64,000 bases of DNA from Burkholderiales bacterium (GTDB taxonomy: Bacteria; Pseudomonadota; Gammaproteobacteria; Burkholderiales; SG8-39). Of this stretch, positions 26,887 to 42,796 are shown piece after piece (the first letter of the stretch is position 1; each line of letters opens with the position of its first letter). The position numbers were made by a program, and so were the translations under genes. Under the pieces are notes generated by a model. The model did not search any database and was not told the DNA's origin. It worked only from the letters and a program-made list of their open reading frames with translations. The stretch is taken from NCBI GenBank assembly GCA_035550695.1, contig DASZOS010000055.1, positions 483 through 64,482 on the forward strand, read 5' to 3'.

Positions 26887-28105
26887 GCGGCTCGCCGGCG
26901 GCGACCGGTCGCAGCAGCTTCCAGCCGTGCGCAAGGCCAAGGGGCAGGCAGCCCTTCGCGAGGCAGTCGGCGGCGGGCATGAGCCTGCCGACGACCGTGT
27001 AGCCGCCCTCGCCATCCAGGACTTCCCCGGAATTCAAATTCCGTTTTGCGACCGCGACCGCATCGGCCCGCCAGCCGGTGGCGCAGCCGGTCGGCTCGCC
27101 GCGCAGTCCCACCGCGGCCACCGAAATACCCACCTCGAGACCGATCAGGTGCCAGCGCTTGTACATGCAGGCGTAGCGGCTCGACGGATCGGTCTTTACG
27201 CCGTATTCCATGAAGCAGCGCCGGATGTACTCGGTCTCGCCCTCGAACACCACCCACACGCCGAAGCGGATGTCGTAGGGGATCGGCGTGCCGTCCTCGT
27301 GCAGCGAAGAGATCACTTCCACCTGCCCTTTGTGGTGCAGCACGCCGCCATCGGACCTCGGGCGCATGAGCGCCGGGATCTCGTCGACCGAGCCCGGCGG
27401 ATAGAGCAGGCCCTCCGGCGCCGGAGTGAGGCCGGTGGCGTTGCATACCGCGGTCGTCTCGATCGCCGGCTTCGAGCCGTCGAGGAAGGAATTGAACATC
27501 TTCGGATTGAGCCCGCCCGCGCGCGCCTGCTCCGGGGTGAGGCCGTAGTAGCCCCAGACCGTCTCCGGCGTGGACTGCGCGAAGTGCGGCAGCCACTTGT
27601 GGCCGCGGCCGGCGGCGACCACCGGAAAGCCGGCGGCGCGCGCCCAGTCCACGAGGTCGCAGATGAGCGCGGGCTGGTCGCCGTAGGCCAGGCTGTAGAC
27701 CACGCCCGCTTCGGCTGCCTTGCGCGCAAGCAGCGGCCCGCAGAAGGCGTCGGCCTCGACCGTCACCATGACCACGTGCTTGCCGTTGCGGAACGCGGCG
27801 AGCGCGTGCTCCACCGCCGCCATGGGATTGCCCGTGGCCTCGATCACGATGTCGATTTGCGGATTCGTGACGAGCCGCTCCCAGTCGTCGGAAACGCTCG
27901 TGCGCGCGATCTGCTCCGCACTCCATCCAACACGGTCGAGGTTTTGCCTGGCGTTGTCCGGCACGAGATCCGCGATGGCGGCGAGCCGGATGCCCGGAGT
28001 TCGCGGCACCTGCGCGAGGTACATCGCGGCGAACTTCCCGGCGCCGATCAGGCCTATGCGCAGGGGATCGTTCACCCTTTGCTGCAGTTTCGAATAGAGA
28101 TTCAA
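26726..28105 (-). CDS. Homoserine dehydrogenase-like NAD(P)-binding oxidoreductase with C-terminal SAF domain
   Basis: IGLIGAGKFA, IEATGNP, AYGDQP, FLDGSK and SAF-like AVAVAKRNLNSGEVLDGEGGY. Confidence 0.85.
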   Translation of the reverse strand: MNLYSKLQQRVNDPLRIGLIGAGKFAAMYLAQVPRTPGIRLAAIADLVPDNARQNLDRVGWSAEQIARTSVSDDWERLVTNPQIDIVIEATGNPMAAVEHALAAFRNGKHVVMVTVEADAFCGPLLARKAAEAGVVYSLAYGDQPALICDLVDWARAAGFPVVAAGRGHKWLPHFAQSTPETVWGYYGLTPEQARAGGLNPKMFNSFLDGSKPAIETTAVCNATGLTPAPEGLLYPPGSVDEIPALMRPRSDGGVLHHKGQVEVISSLHEDGTPIPYDIRFGVWVVFEGETEYIRRCFMEYGVKTDPSSRYACMYKRWHLIGLEVGISVAAVGLRGEPTGCATGWRADAVAVAKRNLNSGEVLDGEGGYTVVGRLMPAADCLAKGCLPLGLAHGWKLLRPVAAGEPLRWSDVAYDANSTAVRARREMERSIAPGSDISPCGPLAGAAASARRATSATSP

Positions 28106-28118
28106 GCCAACCTCGAAA

Positions 28119-28171
28119 TCAGGGACGGACCACGATCTTCAGCATATCGAAAAATCGTGGTCCGTCCCTGA
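28119..28171. repeat. Intergenic perfect 18-bp inverted repeat (REP-like)
   Basis: TCAGGGACGGACCACGAT, a 17-nt spacer, then ATCGTGGTCCGTCCCTGA. Confidence 0.75.
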
Positions 28172-28179
28172 ATAGTTCT

Positions 28180-28871
28180 TCATGAAACCTTCGAGCCCAG
28201 GACGTTGTAGGCGAGGACCGGGCGGTGAAAGCCCTTGAGGGAAAGCTCCCCCAGCGGCTGCGCGTCGATTTCGGCCTCGGCCTTCGAGAATACCCGCGGC
28301 GAGACCAGCGTCAGCTTGGACATCTGGCCGATCTGCGCCGCCTGCTCCTCGAGTTGCCGGTTCTTGTCCTGGATCTCGGCGTACAGCGCTTCGAGCACGC
28401 GGTTCTTCTCCGTGATCAGCTTGTTCGCCTCCTCCGTGCGCCGCGTCGCCTCGATCAAATCGCGCTCGGCCTGCTTTTGCTCGGTGATGTCGGTGATCAC
28501 GGTGACCGTGCCGCCCGAGGCTGCGCGCCGGCGCAGGATGCGGTAGACCCGGCCGTCGGGCGCGTGGTCCTCGAAGCTTTTCCCGGTCGGGTTGCGCAGG
28601 CTCTGCACGCGCCGCGCGACCAGATCGTCCACGTCTCCGGCGCCGTAGTAGCCGTTCGCGGCCAGATAGCGCAAGAACGCGGGATAGGGCTGGCCGGGCT
28701 GCAACAGCGTCTCCGGCGCGATGTACATCTCCCTGAACCGGTCGTTGCACACGACGACGTTCAGGTTGCCGTGTAGGCGAGCGCGCCCGGCAGATTGTCG
28801 AGCGCGACGGTGAGCTGATCCTCTGCCGTCGGCTGGTCGCGGGCGACGTACGCCTCCTGCAGCTGCGCCAT
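28180..28871 (-). pseudogene. Decayed PAS-domain adenylate/guanylate cyclase (frameshift plus loss of catalytic core)
   Basis: After a GGAGG RBS, ATG 28871 gives MAQLQE...VALDNLPGALAYT and stops at 28761. The PAS continues in another frame (GNLNVVVCNDRFREMY...TDITEQKQAE), then a coiled coil joins directly to a cyclase C-terminal tail (LVSPRV...LGELSLKGFHRPVLAYNV). Confidence 0.75.
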
Positions 28872-28934
28872 GCATCCTCCTCGTGCGCCGGGGTCGATAC
28901 TTGGATGATTCTCTTCTTCGAATAGTATAGGACC

Positions 28935-29840
28935 ATGGCAGGCAAAGCCGATTCGCATCGCACGATCCTGTACGCGCTGGGCGCGAACCTCGCCATCGCC
29001 GCGGCGAAGACCGGTGCGGCGCTCGCCACGGGATCGAGCGCGATGCTCGCCGAGGCGATCCATTCGTACGCCGACTCGGGCAACCAGGGCCTGCTTCTCT
29101 GGGGCATGCGGCGCGCCAAGCGCCCGCCGACGCCGGACTATCCCCTGGGCTACGGCAAGGCAGTGTTCTTCTGGTCGTTCATCGTCGCGCTGGTGCTGTT
29201 TTCCCTCGGGGGCCTGTTCTCGGTGTACGAGGGCTGGCACAAGCTCGCGCATCCGGAACCGCTCAGGTACCCCTGGGTGGCGGTCGGCATCCTGCTGTTC
29301 GGCCTCGCCGCGGAAGCGGTGTCGTTGCGAGCGTGTCTCGCCGAAGTGAACAAGCTGCGCGGCACGGGGAGCCTCTGGCGCTGGTTCCGCGAGACGCGCC
29401 ACAGCGAGCTCGTCGTCGTGCTCGGCGAGGACCTCGCAGCGCTGCTCGGACTGGCGCTCGCGCTCGCCGCCGTTCTTGCGACCATCGCTTCCGGCGATCC
29501 GCTGTGGGACGCGGCCGGCTCGATCGCCATCGGCGTGGTGCTCATCGTCGTGGCGATCGGCATCGCGATCGAGATCAAGGGGCTGCTCATCGGCCAGAGC
29601 GCGGAGCCGGAAACCGAAGCGCGCCTGCGTGAGTTTCTGAGCAAGAAAAATGAAATAGAGCAGGTTTACCGTGTGCTCACGCTGCAGCTCGGCGCCTCGC
29701 TGATGGTCGCGGTGAAAGCGAGGATGAAAGCCGACACCGCGGCCGAGGTGGTCGCGGCGATCAACCGCGCTGAGTCGGCGCTGCGCGCGGAGTTTCCCGA
29801 AATCCAGTGGCTCTTCTTCGAGCCTGACATCGCGGACTGA
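28935..29840 (+). CDS. Cation diffusion facilitator (CDF) family transporter
   Basis: GSSAMLAEAIHSYADSGNQ, YPLGYGK and GEDLAAL. Confidence 0.92.
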   Translation: MAGKADSHRTILYALGANLAIAAAKTGAALATGSSAMLAEAIHSYADSGNQGLLLWGMRRAKRPPTPDYPLGYGKAVFFWSFIVALVLFSLGGLFSVYEGWHKLAHPEPLRYPWVAVGILLFGLAAEAVSLRACLAEVNKLRGTGSLWRWFRETRHSELVVVLGEDLAALLGLALALAAVLATIASGDPLWDAAGSIAIGVVLIVVAIGIAIEIKGLLIGQSAEPETEARLREFLSKKNEIEQVYRVLTLQLGASLMVAVKARMKADTAAEVVAAINRAESALRAEFPEIQWLFFEPDIAD

Positions 29841-29843
29841 CGC

Positions 29844-31353
29844 GTGGACTGGATCTCCGACCCTGCTGTCTGGGTGGGCCTTGCCACCCTGGTGGCGCTC
29901 GAGATCGTCCTCGGCGTCGACAACCTGATCTTCATCGCCATCCTGGCGGACAAGCTGCCGCCGGGCGAGCGCGACCGGGCGCGCGTCATCGGACTTACGC
30001 TCGCGCTGGTCATGCGGCTCGGTCTGCTGGCGAGCATCAGCTGGGTGATGTCGCTCACCGCGCCGGTCTTCGTCTTCTGGCGCTTCGCGATCTCGTGGCG
30101 CGACCTGATCCTCATCGCCGGGGGCCTTTTCCTGCTCGTCAAGGCGACCACCGAAATCCACGAGCGGGTCGAGGTGCGACAGCCGCAGCACGGTGCCCCC
30201 GGCCGGGGCGCGGCATTCTGGCCCATCGTCGCGCAGATCGTCGTCCTCGATATCGTGTTCTCGCTCGACTCGGTGATCACCGCGGTCGGCATGGTGGACG
30301 AGCTCTACGTCATGATGACCGCGGTGGTGATCGCCGTCATCGCGATGCTCGTCGCGAGCAAGCCGCTGACCGCCTTCATCAACGCGCGCCCCTCGCTCAT
30401 CATCCTCGCCCTCGGGTTCCTGCTGATGATCGGCCTGGTGCTGGTGGTCGACGGCCTCGGCCTGCATATTCCCAAGGGCTACGTGTACGCGGCGATCAGC
30501 TTCTCGGTGCTGATCGAGATGCTGAACCAGCTTGCTGCGCGCGGGCGGCGCAAATGGGCCGAAGCGCTGCCGCCGCGCCAGCGCGTGGCGGAGGCAATCC
30601 TGCACCTGCTGGGCGGCGTACCGCTCGCCGCGCCGGGAATCAGCGCGGACAAGCATGTATTCGCGCCCCAGGAGAAACGCATGGTGCGCGGCGTGCTGGC
30701 GCTCGCCGAGCGCCCGGTCACGGCGGTCATGACGCCGCGCCCGCAGATCGAGTGGCTCGACACCAATGAGAAGGACATCCTCGGCAAGCTGCGGGCAAGT
30801 CCTTACAGGGAATTCCCGGTCGGCCGCGGCTCGATCGACGAGATCGAGGGCGTGGCGCGCAAGGACGACATCCTTGCGCAGTGCCTGCAAGGCGGTGACG
30901 TGGACTTGAAGCGCGTGCTGCGTCAGCCGCTCGCGGTGCACGAAAACGCCTCCGTGCTCGAGACCCTCAACTTCTTCAAGAGCACGCCGGTGGCGCTTGC
31001 GCTGGTGGTGGACGAGTACGGCAGCTTGCGCGGCATCGTGACGCGGACCGATCTCCTCGAAGCCATCGCCGGCGACCTGCCCGAGTCCGCCGGCGAAAGC
31101 TACGTGCGCACCCTCGCCGACGGGACGCTTTCCATCGACGGCGCCACGCCGGCGTACGAGCTGCACGAGTGCCTCGGCGAGCTGCCGCCGGGGGAGTTCG
31201 ACACCGCGGCCGGAATGGTGCTCGCGCTTTTCGGCCGCATCCCCGCCGCGGGCGAGCGCATCGTCTGGGACGGATGGGAATTCGAGGTGCTGGAGATGGA
31301 AGGCCGGCGCCTAGCGCGGCTCGCCGCGCGCAGGCAGATTCAGGGTCAGAGCC

Positions 31354-31364
<11 letters not shown>
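29844..31364 (+). CDS. TerC family membrane protein with CBS and CorC/HlyC domains (YegH/YoaE-like)
   Basis: [35 protein letters not shown] and [13 protein letters not shown]. Confidence 0.92.
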
Positions 31365-35593
<4,229 letters not shown>

Positions 35594-35626
35594 CGGGACA
35601 GCGCTTCTGCCATCGTTTCCCATGCT

Positions 35627-35651
35627 TGCTTGCAACAATGCGTTGCAGGCA
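35627..35651. promoter_or_regulatory. Candidate operator palindrome upstream of hutU
   Basis: TGCTTGCAAC-N5-GTTGCAGGCA (9/10 dyad match), 14 nt before the hutU ATG. Confidence 0.4.
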
Positions 35652-35665
35652 TATTAGCCGCTCTG

Positions 35666-37327
35666 ATGACGTCGCCTCAACGCGTGGTGCGCGCTCCGCG
35701 CGGCACCCGGCTCTCCGCGCGCAGCTGGCTCACCGAGGCGCCGCTGCGCATGCTGATGAACAACCTCGACCCCGAGGTCGCCGAGCGGCCCGAGGACCTG
35801 GTGGTCTACGGCGGCATCGGCAAGGCGGCGCGCAACTGGCAGTGTTTCGATCAAATCCTCGAATCCCTCAGGAATTTGCCCGAGGATGAAAGCCTGCTCG
35901 TGCAGTCGGGCAAGCCGGTCGGGGTCTTCAGGACCCACCCGGACGCGCCGCGGGTGCTCATCGCCAACTCCAACCTGGTGCCGAAGTGGGCCGACTGGGA
36001 GCACTTCAACGAGCTCGACCGCAAGGGGCTGATGATGTACGGCCAGATGACGGCGGGCTCGTGGATCTACATCGGCAGCCAGGGCATCGTGCAGGGAACC
36101 TTCGAGACCTTCGCCGAGGCCGGCCGCCAGCACTACGGCGGCGATTGGGCCGGGAAATGGATCCTCACCGCGGGCCTGGGCGGCATGGGCGGCGCGCAGC
36201 CGCTCGCGGCGACGATGGCCGGCGCCTCGATGATCGCGATCGAATGCGACCCCGAGCACATCGAGATGCGCCTCAGGACCGGCTACCTCGACGCCCAGGC
36301 GCGCAGCGTCGAGGAGGCTCAAAAGATCTTGAGTGAAGCAAAGAAGCCGGTTTCGGTCGGGTTGCTAGGCAATGCCGCCGAGGTGATACCTCGATTTCTG
36401 AAAAAAGCGAGGACGAGCGACTTCAAACCTTCTCTTGTCACCGACCAGACTTCGGCGCACGACCCGGCGAACGGCTATCTGCCCGAGCATTGGTCGCTCG
36501 AGAAATGGAAGACGCTGCGAAAAGCCGAGCCCGACGAGGTTGCGCTCTCGGCGCGCGAGTCGATCGCGAATCACGTGCAGGCCATCCTCGGCTTCAAGGC
36601 GATGGGAATCCCCTGCGTCGATTACGGCAACAACATCCGCCAGGAAGCGAAGAACGCCGGATTGAAGAACGCTTTCGATTACCCGGGATTCGTCCCGGCC
36701 TACATCCGGCCGATGTTCTGCGCCGGCAAGGGGCCGTTCCGCTGGGTGGCGCTCTCCGGCGATCCCGAGGACATCGCGAGGACAGACGCCAAGGTCAGAG
36801 ATCTGTTTTCTACGGACAGGAATCTTGTTCGCTGGCTCGATCTCGCCGCGGCGAAGATCCGCTTCCAGGGGCTGCCGGCGAGAATCTGCTGGCTCGGCCT
36901 CGGGCAGCGCCACCTCGCGGGCCTCGCCTTCAACGAGATGGTGGCGAGCGGCGAATTGAAGGCGCCGATCGTCATCGGCCGCGACCATCTCGACGCCGGC
37001 TCGGTCGCGAGCCCCAACCGCGAGACCGAGGCAATGCGCGACGGCTCCGACGCGGTATCGGACTGGGCGCTGCTCAACGCGCTGCTCAACTGCGCGAGCG
37101 GCGCCACGTGGGTGTCGTTTCATCACGGCGGCGGCGTGGGCATGGGCTATTCGCAACATGCCGGCATGGTGATCGTATGCGATGGCTCCGAGGCGGCGGC
37201 GCGGCGCCTGGAACGCGTGCTCTGGAACGACCCGGCGAGCGGCGTCATGCGCCACGCCGACGCCGGGTACGAAGAAGCGATCGCCTGCGCCCGCGCTCGA
37301 GGCCTGAAGCTGCCGTTCCTAGAGTGA
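35666..37327 (+). CDS. hutU: Urocanate hydratase
   Basis: [35 protein letters not shown] and [13 protein letters not shown]. Confidence 0.98.
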   Translation: MTSPQRVVRAPRGTRLSARSWLTEAPLRMLMNNLDPEVAERPEDLVVYGGIGKAARNWQCFDQILESLRNLPEDESLLVQSGKPVGVFRTHPDAPRVLIANSNLVPKWADWEHFNELDRKGLMMYGQMTAGSWIYIGSQGIVQGTFETFAEAGRQHYGGDWAGKWILTAGLGGMGGAQPLAATMAGASMIAIECDPEHIEMRLRTGYLDAQARSVEEAQKILSEAKKPVSVGLLGNAAEVIPRFLKKARTSDFKPSLVTDQTSAHDPANGYLPEHWSLEKWKTLRKAEPDEVALSARESIANHVQAILGFKAMGIPCVDYGNNIRQEAKNAGLKNAFDYPGFVPAYIRPMFCAGKGPFRWVALSGDPEDIARTDAKVRDLFSTDRNLVRWLDLAAAKIRFQGLPARICWLGLGQRHLAGLAFNEMVASGELKAPIVIGRDHLDAGSVASPNRETEAMRDGSDAVSDWALLNALLNCASGATWVSFHHGGGVGMGYSQHAGMVIVCDGSEAAARRLERVLWNDPASGVMRHADAGYEEAIACARARGLKLPFLE

Positions 37328-38841
37328 TGCGCGTCGGAAGCCGCAAGCCCTCGCTGCGCGAGCTGCGCTCGATTGCCCGTGAAGGCCCGGCGCTCGAGCT
37401 CGATCCGGCCTGCCTGCCCGCGGTGCGCGAAAGCCTCGGCACGGTGCAGCGCATCATCGCTTCGGGCAAGCCCGCCTACGGCATCAATACCGGCTTCGGG
37501 CGCCTCTCGCAGACGCGCATCCCGTCCGAAGAGCTCGAGCAGCTGCAGGCGAACATCGTGCTGTCGCATGCCGCGGGCACCGGAGCGCTGCTCGACGACG
37601 CGACGCTGCGTTTGATCCTCGCTCTGAAGATAATTTCCCTGTCCGCGGGGTACTCGGGCGTGCGCCCGGAGCTCATCGAGCTGCTCGTCGCGCTCTACAA
37701 CCGCGGCATCTACCCGTGCATTCCGTCGAAAGGGTCGGTCGGCGCATCGGGCGATCTCGCGCCCCTCGCGCATCTCTCGCTCGCGCTGCTCGGCATGGGC
37801 GAGGCGCGAGTGGGCTCGCGCATCGTTCCGGCGAGCCGGGCGCTGCGCGACGCCGGGCTCGAGCCGATCCGCCTCGCGCCGAAAGAAGGGCTCGCGCTCC
37901 TCAACGGCACCCAGGTCTCCACCGCGCTCGCCCTCCAGGGCCTGTTCGCCGCGGAAGAGGTGTTCGCCGCGGCCGTGGTCGCGGGCAGCCTTTCGGTCGA
38001 CGCCGCGGCGGGCGCCGATACGCCGTTCGATCCGCGCCTCCACGCCCTGCGCGGCCAGCCGGGCGGCGGGGACGTGGCGCGCTGCTACGCGCAGCTCCTC
38101 GACGGAAGCGAGATCCGGCGCTCGCATCTCGAGAACGATCCGCGGGTGCAGGATCCGTACAGCCTGCGCTGCCAGCCGCAGGTGATGGGCGCCTGCCTCG
38201 ACCAGATGCGCTACGCCGCGGGTGTGTTCGAGCGCGAGGCCGGCGCGGTGACCGACAATCCGCTGGTGATCGAGGGGCAGATCCTGTCGGGCGGAAACTT
38301 CCACGCCGAGCCCGTGGCGCTCGCCGCCGACGCGCTCGCGCTCGCCATCGCCGAGATCGGCGCGCTTTCCGAGCGGCGCATCGCGCTGCTCATCGACTCC
38401 ACGCTCTCCGGCTTGCCGCCGTTCCTCGTCGAGCACGGCGGCGTCAACTCCGGGTTCATGGTGCCCCAGGTGACCGCCGCGGCGCTCGCCTCGGAGAACA
38501 AGGCGCTCGCGCATCCGGCAAGCGTGGACAGCCTGCCGACCTCGGCGAACCAGGAAGACCATGTCAGCATGGCGACGTTCGCCGCGCGCCGGCTCGGCGA
38601 CATGGCGTCGAACAGCGCGTGTATCGTGGCGATCGAGCTGCTCGCCGCCGCCCAGGGCGTCGACTGGCGCGCCCCTCTCAAGACTTCGCCGCGGCTGCAG
38701 GCGGCGCATGACCGCATCCGCGCCTGCGCCGGCTTCTACGACCACGACCGCTATTTCGCGCCGGACATCAGCGCCGTGCAGTCGCTCGTCGAAGGCGGCG
38801 AGTTCCGCGAGTTCACGCCCGGGCTGCTGCCCTCCTCGTGA
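37327..38841 (+). CDS. hutH: Histidine ammonia-lyase
   Basis: [11 protein letters not shown] motif [22 protein letters not shown] and [10 protein letters not shown]. Confidence 0.97.
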   Translation: MRVGSRKPSLRELRSIAREGPALELDPACLPAVRESLGTVQRIIASGKPAYGINTGFGRLSQTRIPSEELEQLQANIVLSHAAGTGALLDDATLRLILALKIISLSAGYSGVRPELIELLVALYNRGIYPCIPSKGSVGASGDLAPLAHLSLALLGMGEARVGSRIVPASRALRDAGLEPIRLAPKEGLALLNGTQVSTALALQGLFAAEEVFAAAVVAGSLSVDAAAGADTPFDPRLHALRGQPGGGDVARCYAQLLDGSEIRRSHLENDPRVQDPYSLRCQPQVMGACLDQMRYAAGVFEREAGAVTDNPLVIEGQILSGGNFHAEPVALAADALALAIAEIGALSERRIALLIDSTLSGLPPFLVEHGGVNSGFMVPQVTAAALASENKALAHPASVDSLPTSANQEDHVSMATFAARRLGDMASNSACIVAIELLAAAQGVDWRAPLKTSPRLQAAHDRIRACAGFYDHDRYFAPDISAVQSLVEGGEFREFTPGLLPSS

Positions 38842-39647
38842 TGCCGCCCTACCGTTTCGTCGCCGGCCGCACGCCGCTTCTCGTATCGATGCCGCACACC
38901 GGCACGCATATACCCGACGATCTCAGGAAGCGCCTGACCGCGGCGGCGGCCGCGCTTCCCGACACCGACTGGCACCTCGAAAGACTGTACGACTTCCTCG
39001 AGGACATCGGCGCCTCGGTGCTCGTCGCGACGCATTCGCGCTATGTCGTCGACCTGAACCGCCCGCCGGATGATTCGAACCTCTACCCCGGCCAGGACAC
39101 CACCGGCGTCGTGCCGGTGGATACCTTCCGCAAGGAACCGCTTTACGCCGGCGCCGAGCCCTCGGCCGAAGAAACAGCAGAAAGGATTCAGAAGTACTGG
39201 AAGCCTTACCACGCGCGGCTGGAAGAGACGCTGAAGGCGCTGAAGGCGAAGCACGGCTACGCGCTACTCTGGGACGCGCATTCCATCCTCTCGGAGGTGC
39301 CGCGCTTCTTCCAGGGAAGGCTTCCCGACTTCAACCTCGGCACCGCGGATGGACGCTCATGCGCCCCGGGCACCGGCGAAGCGCTTCTCAAGCAGGTCGA
39401 GGAGTACACCGCGGTGCTGAACGGGCGTTTCAAGGGCGGCTACATAACGCGGCGCTACGGCGACCCCGCGAACGGCGTGCACGCGGTGCAGCTCGAGCTC
39501 TCCGAGGCCACCTACATGGAGGAGCGCTCGCCGTATCGCTTTCGCGAGGATCTCGCCGCTCGCCTGCGGCCGCAGCTCAGGACCCTGCTCGAAGTGTTTC
39601 TCCTCATCGGAGACACACGCTCCGTCGCCGCGGACCGACACGCGTAA
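38838..39647 (+). CDS. hutG: N-formylglutamate deformylase/amidohydrolase
   Basis: [30 protein letters not shown] and [12 protein letters not shown]. Confidence 0.93.
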   Translation: MMPPYRFVAGRTPLLVSMPHTGTHIPDDLRKRLTAAAAALPDTDWHLERLYDFLEDIGASVLVATHSRYVVDLNRPPDDSNLYPGQDTTGVVPVDTFRKEPLYAGAEPSAEETAERIQKYWKPYHARLEETLKALKAKHGYALLWDAHSILSEVPRFFQGRLPDFNLGTADGRSCAPGTGEALLKQVEEYTAVLNGRFKGGYITRRYGDPANGVHAVQLELSEATYMEERSPYRFREDLAARLRPQLRTLLEVFLLIGDTRSVAADRHA

Positions 39648-39745
39648 AGTAACCGAGGCCTTGCGCCGTGCCGGCCGCCGGCGTAACGTCCGCCCACACA
39701 CAAGCTGCTGGCATTTCGTTGACCCCACTGTCAGAGGAGGCAGTC

Positions 39746-40306
39746 ATGGCTACCACAGAGAAGCAAGTCAACAACGGCGTGAACGTAGATGCGCTGCTGA
39801 GCGCGCGAGAGGCCCTGAGCAAGACGCCGGAGGGCGCGAAGTTCAACTGGCGGGCGAGCTGCAAGTGGATGAACGGCACGCACAGCCGCACCAATGTGAA
39901 GGGTTTCTACGGGCTCGGCCAGGAGCAGAGCCACAAGACGGAGTTCACCTTCGACATCGACCACCCGGAAATTTTCGCCTCGGAGGACAAGGGAGCGACG
40001 CCGGTGGAGATGGTCCTGACCGGCCTCGCGGGCTGCCTGACCGCCGGCGTCGCCGCCGTCGCGCAGCTGCGCAAGATCCAGCTTCGCTCGGTCACCGCGA
40101 CGATCGAGGGAGGCATGGATATCCAGGGCATTCTCGGCATCGACGAGGATGTGCGCACGGGCTTCGACGGCATCAAGGTCAACTTCGACATCGACGCCGA
40201 TGCCACGCGCGAAGAGATCGAGGCCCTGGTCGCGCAGTCGCAGAAGCGCTCCGCGGTGTTCGACATCGTCTCGAATCCGACGAACGTCTCGGTCACGGTG
40301 AGCTGA
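39746..40306 (+). CDS. OsmC family protein (long NGVN-type)
   Basis: VNNGVNVDAL, DHPE, ATPVEMVLTGLAGCLT and SAVFDIVSNPTNV. GAGGAGG RBS. Confidence 0.88.
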   Translation: MATTEKQVNNGVNVDALLSAREALSKTPEGAKFNWRASCKWMNGTHSRTNVKGFYGLGQEQSHKTEFTFDIDHPEIFASEDKGATPVEMVLTGLAGCLTAGVAAVAQLRKIQLRSVTATIEGGMDIQGILGIDEDVRTGFDGIKVNFDIDADATREEIEALVAQSQKRSAVFDIVSNPTNVSVTVS

Positions 40307-40332
40307 GCGGCCGCTCGGCCGGGGCTGCATCG

Positions 40333-41643
40333 ATGCGCGCGACCGCCGTGGTCGTCGGCGCAGGTCATGCGGGCCTTGCCATGAGCCGCTGCCTCGCCGA
40401 GCGCTCGATCGACCACGTGGTCCTCGAGCGGGGCGAGGTAGCGAACTCATGGAAGACCGAGCGCTGGGATTCGCTGCGGCTGCTCACGCCGAACTGGCAG
40501 AGCCGGCTGCCAGGCTACGGCTACAGCGGGAGCGATCCCGACGGCTACCGCACCATGGCGGAGACGTGCGCGTTTCTGGAGCGCTACGCCGAGGTGATCG
40601 AGGCTCCGGTCCGCACGCACACCGCGGTAACTTCGGTTCGCCGATTGGAGGACGGCTATGCCGTCACCACCAGCCGGGGCGAGTGGCGAAGCCGGATCGT
40701 CGTGCTGGCAAGCGGTGCCTGCAACATCGCAGCCGTGCCCGCGATCGCCGCCGCCCTGCCGCCGGGAATCGCCAGCGTCAGTCCGATGCAGTACCGCAAC
40801 CCGGAGGCACTGGCGCACGGCGGCGTGCTGGTCGTCGGCGCCTCGGCCACGGGGGTGCAGATCGCCGACGAGATCCAGCGCTCCGGGCGTCCGGTCACCC
40901 TGGCGGTGGGCGAGCATATCCGCGCGCCTCGAATCTACCGTGGACGCGACATTCAATGGTGGATGGATGGCGCGGGCATCCTCGACCACCGCTACGACGA
41001 GATCGAGGACCTGAGGCGAGCGCGCAACCTGCCGTCGCTCCAGCTCGCCGGATACCCGGATCGGCGCAGCGTCGACCTAAACTCGCTGACGGCGATCGGG
41101 GTGAAGCTGGTCGGCCGCCTCGCCGCGATGAGAGACGGCAGGGCGCAGTTCTCCGGCGGGCTCGCCAACCAGGTGGCGCTCTCCGATCTCAAGATGAACC
41201 GGCTGCTCGATACCATCGATGCGTGGGCCGCTGCCGGCGCTCTTGCGGACGAGGTCGGTCCGCCCGAGCGCTTCGCGCCGACGCGCATCGACGCATCGCC
41301 GGCGCTCGCGCTCGATCTGCATCGCGCCGGGATCCGCACCGTCCTCTGGGCCACCGGGTACCGCCCCGACTACTCGTGGCTCCACGTCCCCGTGCTCGAT
41401 CGCAAGGGCCGCGTTCGCGACGTCGGCGGCGTCGTCGTCGACTCGCCGGGGTTGTATCTCATGGGAATTCAATTCCTCCGGCGCCGCAAGTCGGCGCTCA
41501 TCGATGGCGCCGGCGACGATGCCCGCGAGCTGAGCGCCCATATCGCAAGATTTCTCGGCGGCATGAAACCCTCAAGGCCGGGCAACGCACGGGTTGGCGC
41601 CGATCGCATAGGCGAGCTCGGCCGGCGAATCGACTTCCCATAG
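40333..41643 (+). CDS. FAD-dependent oxidoreductase, flavin-containing monooxygenase-like
   Basis: [39 protein letters not shown] and LWATGY. Confidence 0.88.
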   Translation: MRATAVVVGAGHAGLAMSRCLAERSIDHVVLERGEVANSWKTERWDSLRLLTPNWQSRLPGYGYSGSDPDGYRTMAETCAFLERYAEVIEAPVRTHTAVTSVRRLEDGYAVTTSRGEWRSRIVVLASGACNIAAVPAIAAALPPGIASVSPMQYRNPEALAHGGVLVVGASATGVQIADEIQRSGRPVTLAVGEHIRAPRIYRGRDIQWWMDGAGILDHRYDEIEDLRRARNLPSLQLAGYPDRRSVDLNSLTAIGVKLVGRLAAMRDGRAQFSGGLANQVALSDLKMNRLLDTIDAWAAAGALADEVGPPERFAPTRIDASPALALDLHRAGIRTVLWATGYRPDYSWLHVPVLDRKGRVRDVGGVVVDSPGLYLMGIQFLRRRKSALIDGAGDDARELSAHIARFLGGMKPSRPGNARVGADRIGELGRRIDFP

Positions 41644-42750
41644 CGCGAAGTCGGCGGTCTTGCCGGGCGCGAGCGTGCCGTGCGTCGGCTCGATGCCCAG
41701 GGCGCGCGCGGCATTGCGCGTGAAGCCGGCGAGCGCTTCCTCGGGCGTGAGGCGAAAGAGCGTGCAGGCGAGATTCATCGCGAGGAGCGGCGAGCTGAGC
41801 GGAGAGGAGCCCGGGTTGTGGTCCGTGGCGAGCGCGATCGGCACACCGTGGCGCCGAAGCGCCTCGATGGGCGGCATCCGGCTCTCGCGCAGGAAATAGA
41901 ACGCTCCCGGCAGCAGCACCGCCACGGTGCCCGCGCGCGCCATCGCCTCGATGCCCTGCTCGCTTGAATATTCCAGATGGTCGGCCGAGAGCGCCGCGTG
42001 TCGCGCGGCCAGGGCCGCGCCGCCGAGATCGGACAGCTGGTCGGCGTGCAGCTTCACGCGCAGCCCGAGCGCGCGCGCTTTCTCGAGCACGCGCTGCGTC
42101 TGCGCCGGATTGAAGGCGATGCGCTCGCAAAAGACGTCCACCGCGTCGACGAGCTTTTCCTTCGCCGCCTGAGGCAACACCTCCTCGCAGACAAAGGCGA
42201 TGTAGTCGTCGGCGCGGCCCTTGTACTCCTCGGGCACTGCGTGGGCGCCGAGAAAAGTGGTCTTCACCGCGATGGCATCGCCGAGCGCGCGCGCCACGCG
42301 CAGCATCTTGAGCTCGGTGTCGCGATCCAGTCCGTAGCCCGACTTGATCTCGATGACGCTTGCGCCCTCCTCCAGCCAGCGGCTTAGCCGTTTTCGGGAA
42401 ATCTTGAGTAATTCTTCCTGAGAAGCAGAGCGAGTGCTTCTGACCGTCGAGACAATCCCGCCGCCAGCTGCTGCGATGTCCTCGTAGCTTGCGCCTTTCA
42501 GGCGCAGCTCGAACTCGTGCGCGCGATTGCCCGCGTACACGAGGTGCGTGTGGCAGTCGACGAGCCCCGGCGTGATCCAGGCGCCGCGCGCGTCGTGCTC
42601 GGTGCGCGCGCTTTGCTTCCATGCGCTGCGCGGGCCGACGAAAGAGATGCGGCCGCCGCTGACCGCGATGACGCCGTCCTCGATTGCACCGTAAGGCGAA
42701 TCGGGCCGCATGGTGGCGACATGGGCGTTCACCCACACGGCGTCGTGCAT
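41572..42750 (-). CDS. hutI: Imidazolonepropionase
   Basis: [25 protein letters not shown] and [10 protein letters not shown]. Confidence 0.96.
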   Translation of the reverse strand: MHDAVWVNAHVATMRPDSPYGAIEDGVIAVSGGRISFVGPRSAWKQSARTEHDARGAWITPGLVDCHTHLVYAGNRAHEFELRLKGASYEDIAAAGGGIVSTVRSTRSASQEELLKISRKRLSRWLEEGASVIEIKSGYGLDRDTELKMLRVARALGDAIAVKTTFLGAHAVPEEYKGRADDYIAFVCEEVLPQAAKEKLVDAVDVFCERIAFNPAQTQRVLEKARALGLRVKLHADQLSDLGGAALAARHAALSADHLEYSSEQGIEAMARAGTVAVLLPGAFYFLRESRMPPIEALRRHGVPIALATDHNPGSSPLSSPLLAMNLACTLFRLTPEEALAGFTRNAARALGIEPTHGTLAPGKTADFALWEVDSPAELAYAIGANPCVARP

Positions 42751-42796
42751 GCGAGTAGTCTATCCTTTTGACGATGAGAGCCTTGCCGGCGTCTCG

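Noticed and set aside
26726..28105. Possible flagellar FlgA call from the SAF domain
   Set aside because: The protein is mainly a Rossmann oxidoreductase, and there are no flagellar genes nearby.
36320..36440. Locally AT-richer stretch inside hutU (also 42390-42450 in hutI)
   Set aside because: The reading frame is intact and the stretch encodes a variable Lys-rich region. No insertion boundaries are visible.
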